Source: an uncultured virus (IMG/VR IMGVR_UViG_3300046524_000328)
Lineage: Duplodnaviria; Heunggongvirae; Uroviricota; Caudoviricetes
Direction: 5' to 3' (one strand)
Virus record (IMG/VR): IMGVR_UViG_3300046524_000328
DNA: 64,000 bases
The stretch's first letter is position 1. Every line of letters begins with the position of its first letter. Under the pieces are notes generated by a model. The model saw only the letters and a list, made by a program, of their open reading frames with translations. It had not been told where the DNA came from and did not search any database. The position numbers were made by a program, and so were the translations under genes. Positions 18,833 through 27,006 of this stretch are shown one piece after another.

Positions 18833-18904
18833 GGATATTCCCCCGTTGTGCATTTCGCGCGAGTGTGCCATGCGCCCTTACATTTTCCTAGTGCCGGTGT
18901 CGCG

Positions 18905-21328
18905 TTAACCGGACACGCCGCCCGTTGCGATCTGCGCGAGCCGTCGATTCTGCAAGTCCTGCCCGACGGCGCGATCATCGGCAACGCGCACCTCAAGCGG
19001 CTTGTCGCTGTTGACGGGAACGGGAATGCTGGCCTGCTGCGCGGCGGGCGCGGCGGGTGTGACAGGCACCGCCGCCGACGGGATAGACGGCGGTTGCGGC
19101 GCGCCGACGGCGGCCGTGACGACGGGCGGCGCGGCCTGCGCGACAGCCGTACCGATGCCGAGCGCGGGTGTCGCCGTGCCTTGTGCAAGGTAGGTGTCGT
19201 ACTTCTCTTTGCGCACGTCGAACCCGTTGAGGCCGCCGTTGATTTTCTTCGTTGCGGCTGCAACGTCACCGGCGCGCGCGGCATCCGCGAGCCCGCCTTT
19301 GCTCTGCCAGTACCACGTCGCGATCTGTGCCGCGATAGCCGGGACGGCCGCAAGGTCCGGGTTATTCACGAGGTCGATGCCGAGCGCCTTGCCTGCCGCC
19401 TCGTAATTGGCCTTGCCCGTCAACTGGACAAAGCCGCGCCCGCGATACTTGTAGCCGTCGCCCGCCTCGGTGTTACCCATGCGACCGCCGTACACCTTGT
19501 TGGCGATGGCCTCAGGCCCGCCCGCTGCCGCCGCCTTGGCTTCGTCATCCGTCTTGAAATACTTGCCGAACACCTTGCGCAGCGTTTTCGGTTTGTAGTT
19601 GAGATTTTCCTCAAGACTGCGGAACCCGCCGCTTTCGGTGTCCATCTGCGCCATGAACATCGCGCGTTCTTTCGGGTCGGAAATGCCCGCCTTGTCGGCC
19701 GCCGACATGAGCGCGAGCTTGTTGCCCTTCGAACCCTTGCCGAACAGACCTTTACCCCAGTCGAGCGCGTTGCCCGCCGCCGTCTGGATCGGCGCGGCCA
19801 TCTTTTCGACGCGATCTTTGCCGTAGTCGATGACGGCCGAACCGGCGTCCTTAGCAGCGTCGACACCCTTCTTTGCGGCGTCGACAACAGGGGCGGCGGC
19901 TTTCTTCGCCGCGTCGACGGCGGGCGCAATCACTTCCTTCGCCTTGCCCATCAAAGCATCGACGTCGATGCCGAATTTGCTTTTCAGGAACGCCTTTGCC
20001 CCGCCGATGATCGCATTCCAGCCGTCGCTGACGCTCTTTGTGAAGGCGTCGAGCTTGTCGGTGACGGCCTTCCACGAGTCTTTGAAGAAACCCGTTGTCG
20101 CGTCCCATGCGTCCGTGATCTGCGCCGCGACTTTCGACCAGTCCACAGTCGCGAGCCATCCGCCGACAATCTCGCCGAGCTTGTCGCCGACGACACCGCC
20201 AATCATCGCGCCGACCGGGCCGCCCAACATGCCGACCGCGCCGCCGACCAGTGCGCCGATACCGGAACCCGCGCCCTTGAAACGGTCCTCGCGGTTTTGG
20301 TCTTTCGTCTTGTTCGGGTCATCGCCGCCGAAAATCGACGCGAGGGCAGAGCCGCCCGCGAACAGTGCGCCGAGCAGCGGCAGGCGCTTCAATCCGAATT
20401 TGCCGATATTGAGAGCGCCGCCGAGCAGCGAACTGAGCAGGCCGCCGCCCTTGCCGAGCATGCCGCGCGCACCGCCGAGCAGGCCCGACAGCATGCCGCC
20501 GCCACCGCCGCCATGCTCGCCGCCTGCCTTGTTGTCGATTTCCTTCAGCGTGCGCGTCTGCACGAGCCCGAACTCGCCCTGCTGTTCATAGCTCGACTTG
20601 AGCACGCCGAAAATCTTTCGATACCACGATACGGCCGTGTTGGCACCGCCGCCAAAGGCACGAGAGACGCCCGCCTTGGTGAGTTTGCCAACGCTCGCCA
20701 TCGGGCCGCCTACGAGCTTGTGCACCTCTTTCGCGGCCTCTACCGTCGGGTCCACCTTGTCGAAATCGCCAAGGTCCGGCATACCCAGTTTAGGCGTGAG
20801 TCCGGCGAGCGACTTCAGGCGCGCGAGCAGACCGAACCCGTCGCCATCGCCGCGACTACGGCCGCCGCCACTGCCACCCTTGCCGACGAAACGCCCGCCC
20901 GCGTCGCGCTTCTGATCGCCGCGCGCTGTCGCCGCTGCGTCCGCGCGCCGCTGCAAGGCGCGCTCCGTTGCCTGCTGCCGCGTCATCGAGTCGACGGCCT
21001 TGGCGACGCTAGTCAGTTCGCTTGGAACGCCAGTGATGCCAGGCGCGCCGGGCAGGAACCGGCCGCGAGGGTCACGCGCGCGAGCGCTCGCGAGGGCAGA
21101 GCGCACGGCCGACGTCATCGCCGCACCGGCAGCACCAGAAGCGGCGGCGGCAGCGGCAGGCATCGCGCGCGGGCTCGATACGCGTTGTTGCTGCATCAAC
21201 GAGGCGCGAGAGCCCGATTTGAGCAGCGCGAGAATCGCGCTCGTGTCGGAGTGCACGGCATCAATGCCGGAAGCGAGCGCATCAATCGGCGCGTCCGCGA
21301 TCAGAAAGCCTTTCGAGTCGCTTTTCAT
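18905..21328 (-). CDS. tape measure protein with a C-terminal GH19 lysozyme domain
   Basis: Ala/Gly-rich helices, GGAVGMLGGPVGA segment, FMAQMDTES...YRGRGFVQLTGKANY...INGG. Confidence 0.85.
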   Translation of the reverse strand: MKSDSKGFLIADAPIDALASGIDAVHSDTSAILALLKSGSRASLMQQQRVSSPRAMPAAAAAASGAAGAAMTSAVRSALASARARDPRGRFLPGAPGITGVPSELTSVAKAVDSMTRQQATERALQRRADAAATARGDQKRDAGGRFVGKGGSGGGRSRGDGDGFGLLARLKSLAGLTPKLGMPDLGDFDKVDPTVEAAKEVHKLVGGPMASVGKLTKAGVSRAFGGGANTAVSWYRKIFGVLKSSYEQQGEFGLVQTRTLKEIDNKAGGEHGGGGGGMLSGLLGGARGMLGKGGGLLSSLLGGALNIGKFGLKRLPLLGALFAGGSALASIFGGDDPNKTKDQNREDRFKGAGSGIGALVGGAVGMLGGPVGAMIGGVVGDKLGEIVGGWLATVDWSKVAAQITDAWDATTGFFKDSWKAVTDKLDAFTKSVSDGWNAIIGGAKAFLKSKFGIDVDALMGKAKEVIAPAVDAAKKAAAPVVDAAKKGVDAAKDAGSAVIDYGKDRVEKMAAPIQTAAGNALDWGKGLFGKGSKGNKLALMSAADKAGISDPKERAMFMAQMDTESGGFRSLEENLNYKPKTLRKVFGKYFKTDDEAKAAAAGGPEAIANKVYGGRMGNTEAGDGYKYRGRGFVQLTGKANYEAAGKALGIDLVNNPDLAAVPAIAAQIATWYWQSKGGLADAARAGDVAAATKKINGGLNGFDVRKEKYDTYLAQGTATPALGIGTAVAQAAPPVVTAAVGAPQPPSIPSAAVPVTPAAPAAQQASIPVPVNSDKPLEVRVADDRAVGQDLQNRRLAQIATGGVSG

Positions 21329-21330
21329 CG

Positions 21331-22236
21331 TCAGGGGTTGTACATGAAGGTATCGAACTGCGTGAACGACAACTGGATTTCCTGCAAGCCGTCCTCGCCA
21401 CGGTTCATTTCCGTTTCGAGCGTGCCGGGCCGCATCACCCATTTGCGTTGCAGGCCGCCAAAGCGCTGCATCACCGTGTCATTGACAGCCGCCTGCAACA
21501 GGCGGATCTGCACGAGGTAGTCAGCGGGTACGCCGAACGTGCCATCGTTGTGTGCCATGCCATCGAAGCGGGTTTCAAACCAGCGCTGGATTGAGCCGTA
21601 GGCGTCATCGAGCGTGGTAATACGGAGTTCCGTGCGCCCGCTGCCATGCAGGTTGTCCATCTGCGCGGACCCGATGTTGACGGCCTCGCCTTCAGCCGTG
21701 CACGGCCCGAATGACACGCTCGTTGAGAACAGGTTGAACAGGCCGGAACTCTTGCCCGCCGTGCCGCTGCCGGGATAAAAGTCAAGAATCTCGACATAAA
21801 AGAGGTTCTTTTTCGCGTAGTTCGTGCTCTGCACTTCCTGAATGATCTGGCGCGCCTCGAACGGCGTGATGCCGCCGAGCAGAGGGTTGGCCGTCGCCTC
21901 AAACAGAAGGTCTGACGCAAAGGGGCTCGTGAGCGCGTTGTTGATCTTTTTGCCGATGCCCGTTTCGCCGAACGCTTCAAGCCCCGCGCCGATGAAGTCA
22001 CCGCGCAGCGCTTTCGAGAGCGGGCCTGCGGCGGCCGGTGCGAGCTTGCCGACGGCATTCTTGAGCAACGACGTGCCCGCGCCCACGAGCGACAGGCCGC
22101 CAATGCTGGCGTTGCCGAGCAGGCCGCCAGCGCCGCCGCTGCCAATGCCGGAACCGGGACGTTGGGTAATATCGTCAAAGCGCGACGAGTTCGAGCCGCC
22201 GCCAAGGTCGCGCGCGACCGCGTCAAAAATCGACAT
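21331..22236 (-). CDS. tube-like baseplate/tail protein
   Basis: Between portal and tape measure; LRITTLDD and LQEIQLSFTQF. Confidence 0.5.
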   Translation of the reverse strand: MSIFDAVARDLGGGSNSSRFDDITQRPGSGIGSGGAGGLLGNASIGGLSLVGAGTSLLKNAVGKLAPAAAGPLSKALRGDFIGAGLEAFGETGIGKKINNALTSPFASDLLFEATANPLLGGITPFEARQIIQEVQSTNYAKKNLFYVEILDFYPGSGTAGKSSGLFNLFSTSVSFGPCTAEGEAVNIGSAQMDNLHGSGRTELRITTLDDAYGSIQRWFETRFDGMAHNDGTFGVPADYLVQIRLLQAAVNDTVMQRFGGLQRKWVMRPGTLETEMNRGEDGLQEIQLSFTQFDTFMYNP

Positions 22237-23828
22237 TATTCGACCTCGCTGTTGTCGTCCGCGCCGGGCTTGCCGCCGCCACCGCCGCCGAATCTACCGC
22301 CACCACCGCCGCCGTCGTCGGGCGGTTCTTTCGGCATGCCCTTAACGATCAGCTTGACTTGGTCCTCATCGAGCAGCGCGATTTTCACGAGGATTTCAGT
22401 GAGCGCCTTCGGATCAAGGGCAAGGTCGCGCAACTGTTGGAGCATCTGCACGAGCAGCAGGCCCGTATTCATGGCCTCTGTTTTCGTTTTCTGCCGCTCG
22501 CTTTCGAGCGCGCTGATCGTGCCGTAGAAGTTGACATGCCACGGCCGCTCATCGGCCGGGAAAATGATCCCGTACTTAGCGTGCGTGTGAATGTCGATGA
22601 TGTGATTGAAAAAGTCCGACAGACCAACGCGGATGAGGCGCGAGCGTTCGGCCGCCTGCGCGGACGTACGGAAAAAGCCGCCATCGCCCAGGCCGCCCGA
22701 CAGCAGTTCGGAAAAGCCGAGCATCGACAGATCGATACCGATTGCGCCGGACAGCAGCTTGGCGTGAAAGAGCACGTCCTCAATGCTGATCGAGCCGCTA
22801 GGACCACGGCCGCCGCCATTCGTGAGCGAGCCATTGATGGCCGTAAGCTGCTTTTCATCGGTGACGGGGATGATGTTGTACACCCGTTCGAGCACCGGCT
22901 TTCCGCTTTGAATCGCCCGCTCTGCGCGGGCCTTGCTGGCTTTGAGTACCCGCTTGATGTTCTCCATGAAGGAGATGCGCTGCTCTTTCGTCATGCCCTG
23001 CTGATTGACGGTCATCATGCTTTCGTCAATCGAATCGAGCACGCGCTGCCCGACGAGGCCGACGAGCGCAGCCGATAGCTGATCGTATGGCGCCTCTGCC
23101 GCGTCGAGGAACGATCCGCCGATGAGCGACGGCATGTTAGGCAGGGCGTGTAGATTGTCCTCGCTCAGGGCCACGCGAATGGCTTTCTCCATCGCGCGCA
23201 CCTGCGGGATATAGACCATGCGCGGCATCTTCATGCGCGCCATCTGATAGATGTTGAGGCGTTCGGTTGCCTTTGCGCCGCTGGCGACGACAAAGCCCAC
23301 GGTCTGATTGCCGCGCTCGTAAGAGGTCACCATCGACGGGTGCACGAGTTCATCGACATAGACGTCGACAACGCCGCGCTTGCCTTCCGTGTACACCCGC
23401 CCGTAAGCGTCGCCGAAACCCGCGCCGTTGAATCCGACGGTGTACGCAATGCGGTTAAAGATCGGCGCGAGGTCTTTCGCGATTTCGGCCGCGATCTTCT
23501 CTTTCTGCTTGTCGCCCTTGGCGTCCGGTGCCGTCTCGATGAATACCACGTCCCCCGACGTCTCGTGCCCGCCGAGGGCCGCCGTGACATGCAGGCGCAG
23601 CGCGGTCGAAATGATCGGGTCACCGACCATTTCAATCCACTTGAGGTAAATCTGCATCCGGTTTCGCGCCGTGCGCTTGCCGGTGCCGAGCAGCATCGAG
23701 ATAGTCAGGCCGTCCGTGAGGGCATCGGCCTGCTCAGTTTCCGAAATGGCGTTGTTGGCTGCGCGACTGGGGAGAAAGCGCGACAGGAAACTTTTGGCCT
23801 TGCGGGTTGCTTCCGTAGTCGTTTGCAT
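22236..23828 (-). CDS. portal protein (P1 Prt-like)
   Basis: 530 aa; DPIISTALRLHV, GDAYGRVY and GGLGDGGFFRTSAQAA. Confidence 0.75.
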   Translation of the reverse strand: MQTTTEATRKAKSFLSRFLPSRAANNAISETEQADALTDGLTISMLLGTGKRTARNRMQIYLKWIEMVGDPIISTALRLHVTAALGGHETSGDVVFIETAPDAKGDKQKEKIAAEIAKDLAPIFNRIAYTVGFNGAGFGDAYGRVYTEGKRGVVDVYVDELVHPSMVTSYERGNQTVGFVVASGAKATERLNIYQMARMKMPRMVYIPQVRAMEKAIRVALSEDNLHALPNMPSLIGGSFLDAAEAPYDQLSAALVGLVGQRVLDSIDESMMTVNQQGMTKEQRISFMENIKRVLKASKARAERAIQSGKPVLERVYNIIPVTDEKQLTAINGSLTNGGGRGPSGSISIEDVLFHAKLLSGAIGIDLSMLGFSELLSGGLGDGGFFRTSAQAAERSRLIRVGLSDFFNHIIDIHTHAKYGIIFPADERPWHVNFYGTISALESERQKTKTEAMNTGLLLVQMLQQLRDLALDPKALTEILVKIALLDEDQVKLIVKGMPKEPPDDGGGGGGRFGGGGGGKPGADDNSEVE

Positions 23829-23855
23829 GGCGTGGGCGATATGAGAACAGCGTCC

Positions 23856-23898
23856 ATTGTTGACGCTGATCTTTCACCCGCCCGCTCGCGTTTTCCTC
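23856..23898 (-). promoter_or_regulatory. candidate late promoter variant GAGGAAAA-N29-AACAAT (portal operon)
   Basis: One mismatch in the octamer; exact spacing. Confidence 0.65.
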
Positions 23899-23914
23899 GC
23901 GCGCCACGCAAAGC

Positions 23915-23949
23915 AAAAAGCCCCTGCGACGCATGTCGCAGGGGCTTTT
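23915..23949. terminator. bidirectional intrinsic terminator
   Basis: AAAAGCCCCTGCGAC-GCAT-GTCGCAGGGGCTTTT. Confidence 0.85.
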
Positions 23950-24045
23950 CTGGAGCACATCAATGGATCAAGCTAACCCTTTCCGGGGTATGCCGGTCTA
24001 GCCGTCCGGCATATCGCGCCGTCTCCACCACAGAACCGACGCGAC
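23915..24045 (-). ncRNA. candidate ~130-nt structured sRNA
   Basis: Extended -10 TGTTATAGT (24060-24052); three hairpins with minus-strand G-U pairs; ends in the terminator. Confidence 0.55.
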
Positions 24046-24152
24046 CGGCGAACTATAACAAGCGCGCTTTGTGTAGGGAAGGGGGATTCATACGATAAAG
24101 ACGGCTATTTCGTCTCCGCAGCGATTGTGCCCGCGCGAGGCGGGCGGTTCTC

Positions 24153-24413
24153 TTAGCTGCCGTAGCCGGGCGACAGGCAGCGTTCAGCGCGGCTCTCTGC
24201 GCGCACTTCGGCGGCGGCCTGCCATTCTGCGCGAATCTGCTGTGCAGCCTCTGCGGGCGTTGCGCCGTCGCGGCACAAGTCGTCGCATGTGCCTTCCTCA
24301 TCCGACCCATCGAGAATATCGCAGCCGAGGATTCTCTCGACAGAGCGCACGAAGCGGTCGTATTCGCGGTCGGTTGCCGCTTCTGCGCGGGCCATCGTTG
24401 CCATGTTTTCCAT
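24153..24413 (-). CDS. small acidic early protein
   Basis: GGGAG SD; third gene of the early operon. Confidence 0.55.
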   Translation of the reverse strand: MENMATMARAEAATDREYDRFVRSVERILGCDILDGSDEEGTCDDLCRDGATPAEAAQQIRAEWQAAAEVRAESRAERCLSPGYGS

Positions 24414-24457
24414 GCCGTGCTCCCTACGTTGTTGGCCCGCCGAGGCGGGCGATTTGA

Positions 24458-24643
24458 TCAGCGCTCGACGGCGCGGAAATCGTTGGCGGCGTCGATCATG
24501 TCCTGCTCTTGCTTACCGGCGCGCACTTCCTTTTCGTACAGTTCTTCGGCTTCCGGGCGGGTGCAGTTCTCGCACGCCATGATCGTGTCAATCCACTGCT
24601 CGCGGTCATCATTCGCGGCCTCGTGCCGCATATCGTCCATCAT
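24458..24643 (-). CDS. small acidic early protein
   Basis: GGGGG SD; D/E-rich. Confidence 0.55.
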   Translation of the reverse strand: MMDDMRHEAANDDREQWIDTIMACENCTRPEAEELYEKEVRAGKQEQDMIDAANDFRAVER

Positions 24644-24655
24644 CGGTGCCCCCTG

Positions 24656-24967
24656 TTAGACGTTGGAAACTTCGACCTTCATGCCAGCCACCACAAGGCG
24701 CTTGAGCGCGTCATTCAAATCGCGCCAGTCCGAATAGCGCTTCTCGTGATCTTCGGCGTCGAACCAGCGCAGCACCCATTGATCCTGAACGGGCTTTGCG
24801 GCACCGTCGGCGCGGTCGATCACCGCTTGAATCTTTTCGCGCATCCACGGACGGGCCTCAGAGAGCGGGTACTGCTTGCCGTCCCAGTCGATCATCTGCG
24901 TGTCGCGCTTGAACGTGCCGCGAATGCCGCTATGCGAGAACGAAAGGGTGTTTCTGATCTTTGCCAT
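24656..24967 (-). CDS. hypothetical early protein
   Basis: First ORF after a consensus sigma70 promoter. Confidence 0.6.
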   Translation of the reverse strand: MAKIRNTLSFSHSGIRGTFKRDTQMIDWDGKQYPLSEARPWMREKIQAVIDRADGAAKPVQDQWVLRWFDAEDHEKRYSDWRDLNDALKRLVVAGMKVEVSNV

Positions 24968-24993
24968 GCTGCGCCCCGGTTTGATGTGTGGTG

Positions 24994-25030
24994 GAGACTC
25001 AATAGTATGTTGTCACACTTCCAATTGCAA
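24994..25030 (-). promoter_or_regulatory. early sigma70 promoter TTGCAA-17-TACTAT with the GTGACAACA operator motif
   Basis: One of four near-identical promoter/operator units. Confidence 0.8.
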
Positions 25031-25091
25031 CTACTTTTTGTAGTTGCAAAAAGTCTTTGCGCTTTCGACTTTCTGCACTACAATAAGTCAC

Positions 25092-25361
25092 ATGAAAATT
25101 ACATTTGACCCGGACAAAGACGCGATCAATCGCGACAAGCACGGCGTATCGCTCGCGGAGGCAGCGCGGCTTGACTGGAACGGCATGCAGGTTGTGCCCG
25201 ACCTGCGATACGCCTACGGCGAGGATCGTTACAAGGGAATTGCCGCGTTGGGGAATCGGCTGTACGCCGTGATCTACACCCCGCGCGACGATGTGAAACG
25301 GATTATCAGCCTGCGTAAGGCGAGCCAGAAGGAGTTTGATGAATATGAACACGAAAACTAA
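25092..25361 (+). CDS. brnT: BrnT-family toxin
   Basis: FDPDKDAINRDKHGVSL, YGEDR and RIISLRKA. Confidence 0.9.
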   Translation: MKITFDPDKDAINRDKHGVSLAEAARLDWNGMQVVPDLRYAYGEDRYKGIAALGNRLYAVIYTPRDDVKRIISLRKASQKEFDEYEHEN

Positions 25362-25650
25362 GCTGATCCGTCCGACGGACGATGAAGAAAAGGCAATCCA
25401 GCGCGGCATCGCGGCCGACCCGGATAACCCGGAATGGACGGCTGACGACTTCGCCAATGCGCGGCCGTTTAAAGAGGTAGAGCGCAAGCGCATGGGCCGC
25501 CCGCCGCTTGATCGGCCGAAAGAGCAGGTGACCATTCGCTACGATGCAGACGTCGTTGCGGCTTTCCGCTCGACAGGTGAGGGCTGGCAAACGCGCATGA
25601 ATGACGCCCTCAAAACGTACCTGAGCGAGCATCCGCTGCGCGCGGCCTGA
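25339..25650 (+). CDS. brnA: BrnA-family antitoxin
   Basis: GRPP..PKEQVTIRYDADVV..FRSTGEGWQTRMNDAL. Confidence 0.9.
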   Translation: MNMNTKTKLIRPTDDEEKAIQRGIAADPDNPEWTADDFANARPFKEVERKRMGRPPLDRPKEQVTIRYDADVVAAFRSTGEGWQTRMNDALKTYLSEHPLRAA

Positions 25651-25689
25651 TTCGTGCTGCACCGTGGGCGGGCTACGTGGAGTATCGCC

Positions 25690-25908
25690 ATGTCATACGG
25701 AAACCCTGTTGCACTGTTGGCCGTCATCATGCCGGACCCGATGCCGGTCAACAGACTAGGACATACACCGCTCGATGACTTCGCGCACCTGTGCTCGCGC
25801 ACCGGCCTGAGCGTCGAGAGCGCGGGCGAAATCGGGTACGCGTGGGCGAAACTTGGTTTCGTCGCCGGTTGGCTCGATAAGCACGACGGGTATGGTGGCC
25901 CTGATTAA
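25690..25908 (+). CDS. hypothetical protein
   Basis: GGAG SD; overlaps the ligase start. Confidence 0.45.
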   Translation: MSYGNPVALLAVIMPDPMPVNRLGHTPLDDFAHLCSRTGLSVESAGEIGYAWAKLGFVAGWLDKHDGYGGPD

Positions 25909-26542
25909 GCCGTCCGACCTGATGCACGCGGCAACGATGCGCAAACGCCCGTTCGATGATCGTGACTGGATTTACGAACTCAAATACGACGGGTTTAGAT
26001 GCCTCGCGCAGAAAGCCGGGGATGCGGTCGCGCTCGTGAGCCGTGAGGGTAATCTGTTCAATGCGTCGTTTCCCGACGTCGTCGCGGCTGTCGCGGCGTT
26101 GCCGGGTGACTTCGCGTGCGATGCCGAGCTTACGGTAGACGATGCCAGCGGCCGGTCATCGTTCGAGCGCCTACAGAAGCGCGCGGTCACGAAGAAACCC
26201 GGTAACGTGCGCGCCGCTGCCGCGAGCGATCCAGCACGCCTTTATCTGTTCGATGCGCTCGTGATCGACGGCATCGACCTGCGCGAGTTGCCGCTCGAAA
26301 CGCGCAAAGCGCACCTGCGCGACCTGTTCGAGGACACGCGCACGCTGATCTATGCGAGTGGCGTGCCGATGGCGGGCACATGGGCCTTTAGTCAGGCGCA
26401 GGCGCTAGACCTTGAGGGCATCATGGCGAAGCGGTGCGGCTCGCCATACAGGCGCGGCCGGTCGTTCGACTGGGTAAAGATCAAAAACCAGCAATACAGC
26501 CGCAAGGCCGCACTTGGTTGGGGCAGAAAAAACCCCGCCTGA
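25892..26542 (+). CDS. ATP-dependent DNA ligase, adenylation domain only
   Basis: ELKYDGFR (motif I), DAEL, LYLFD, LEGIMAK and WVKIK; ends without an OB-fold. Confidence 0.85.
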   Translation: MVALIKPSDLMHAATMRKRPFDDRDWIYELKYDGFRCLAQKAGDAVALVSREGNLFNASFPDVVAAVAALPGDFACDAELTVDDASGRSSFERLQKRAVTKKPGNVRAAAASDPARLYLFDALVIDGIDLRELPLETRKAHLRDLFEDTRTLIYASGVPMAGTWAFSQAQALDLEGIMAKRCGSPYRRGRSFDWVKIKNQQYSRKAALGWGRKNPA

Positions 26543-26551
26543 GCGGGGTTG
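26527..26551. terminator. terminator between convergent genes
   Basis: A tract then AACCCCGC-CTGA-GCGGGGTT; T tract on the minus strand. Confidence 0.65.
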
Positions 26552-26565
26552 CGTTGCTTCGGGTC

Positions 26566-26961
26566 TTACTTCGGCTCTGCCTGATCCGGGTCGTACAGCA
26601 GAAACGTCATGTCGTTGTCGAGTTCGTACTCATTCGACTGCACGCCGAACTGGCCCATGTTGTCGTCGGCGAACTCCCACGCGGCGAGCAGCGTCAGTTC
26701 CGGCGTCTCGCACGCGTACTCATCGGCCCAAATGGGCTCATCCGTCTCGCCCACGCCGATATCGTTCGCGCGCAGCACGCGTTTTACGGCCCACCAGTAC
26801 GGGCCATAGCGCAGGTATGCCGAGCGGTCGTGATTGAGCACCTTCGCCGTCTGAGCGACGAAAACGGGCAATAGCGGCTTTCCCTCGCCGACCTGCGCCT
26901 GATATTCGGCGAGCTTTGCGGCGAGGTATGCCGGGTCCATCTTGTATGCCGTAATGGTCAT
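26566..26961 (-). CDS. small protein downstream of darB (positional equivalent of P1 Ulx)
   Basis: YLRYGPYWWAVKRVL; synteny with darB. Confidence 0.55.
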   Translation of the reverse strand: MTITAYKMDPAYLAAKLAEYQAQVGEGKPLLPVFVAQTAKVLNHDRSAYLRYGPYWWAVKRVLRANDIGVGETDEPIWADEYACETPELTLLAAWEFADDNMGQFGVQSNEYELDNDMTFLLYDPDQAEPK

Positions 26962-27006
26962 ATTGTCCCTTTTTGCCGCCGCCCCTCGCGAGGCGGCGGC
27001 GCATCA

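Noticed and set aside
18883..18890. Eighth TAGGAAAA octamer as a full late promoter
   Set aside because: The hexamer at 29 nt is ATGCAC, which is not -10-like, so it is not counted in the family.
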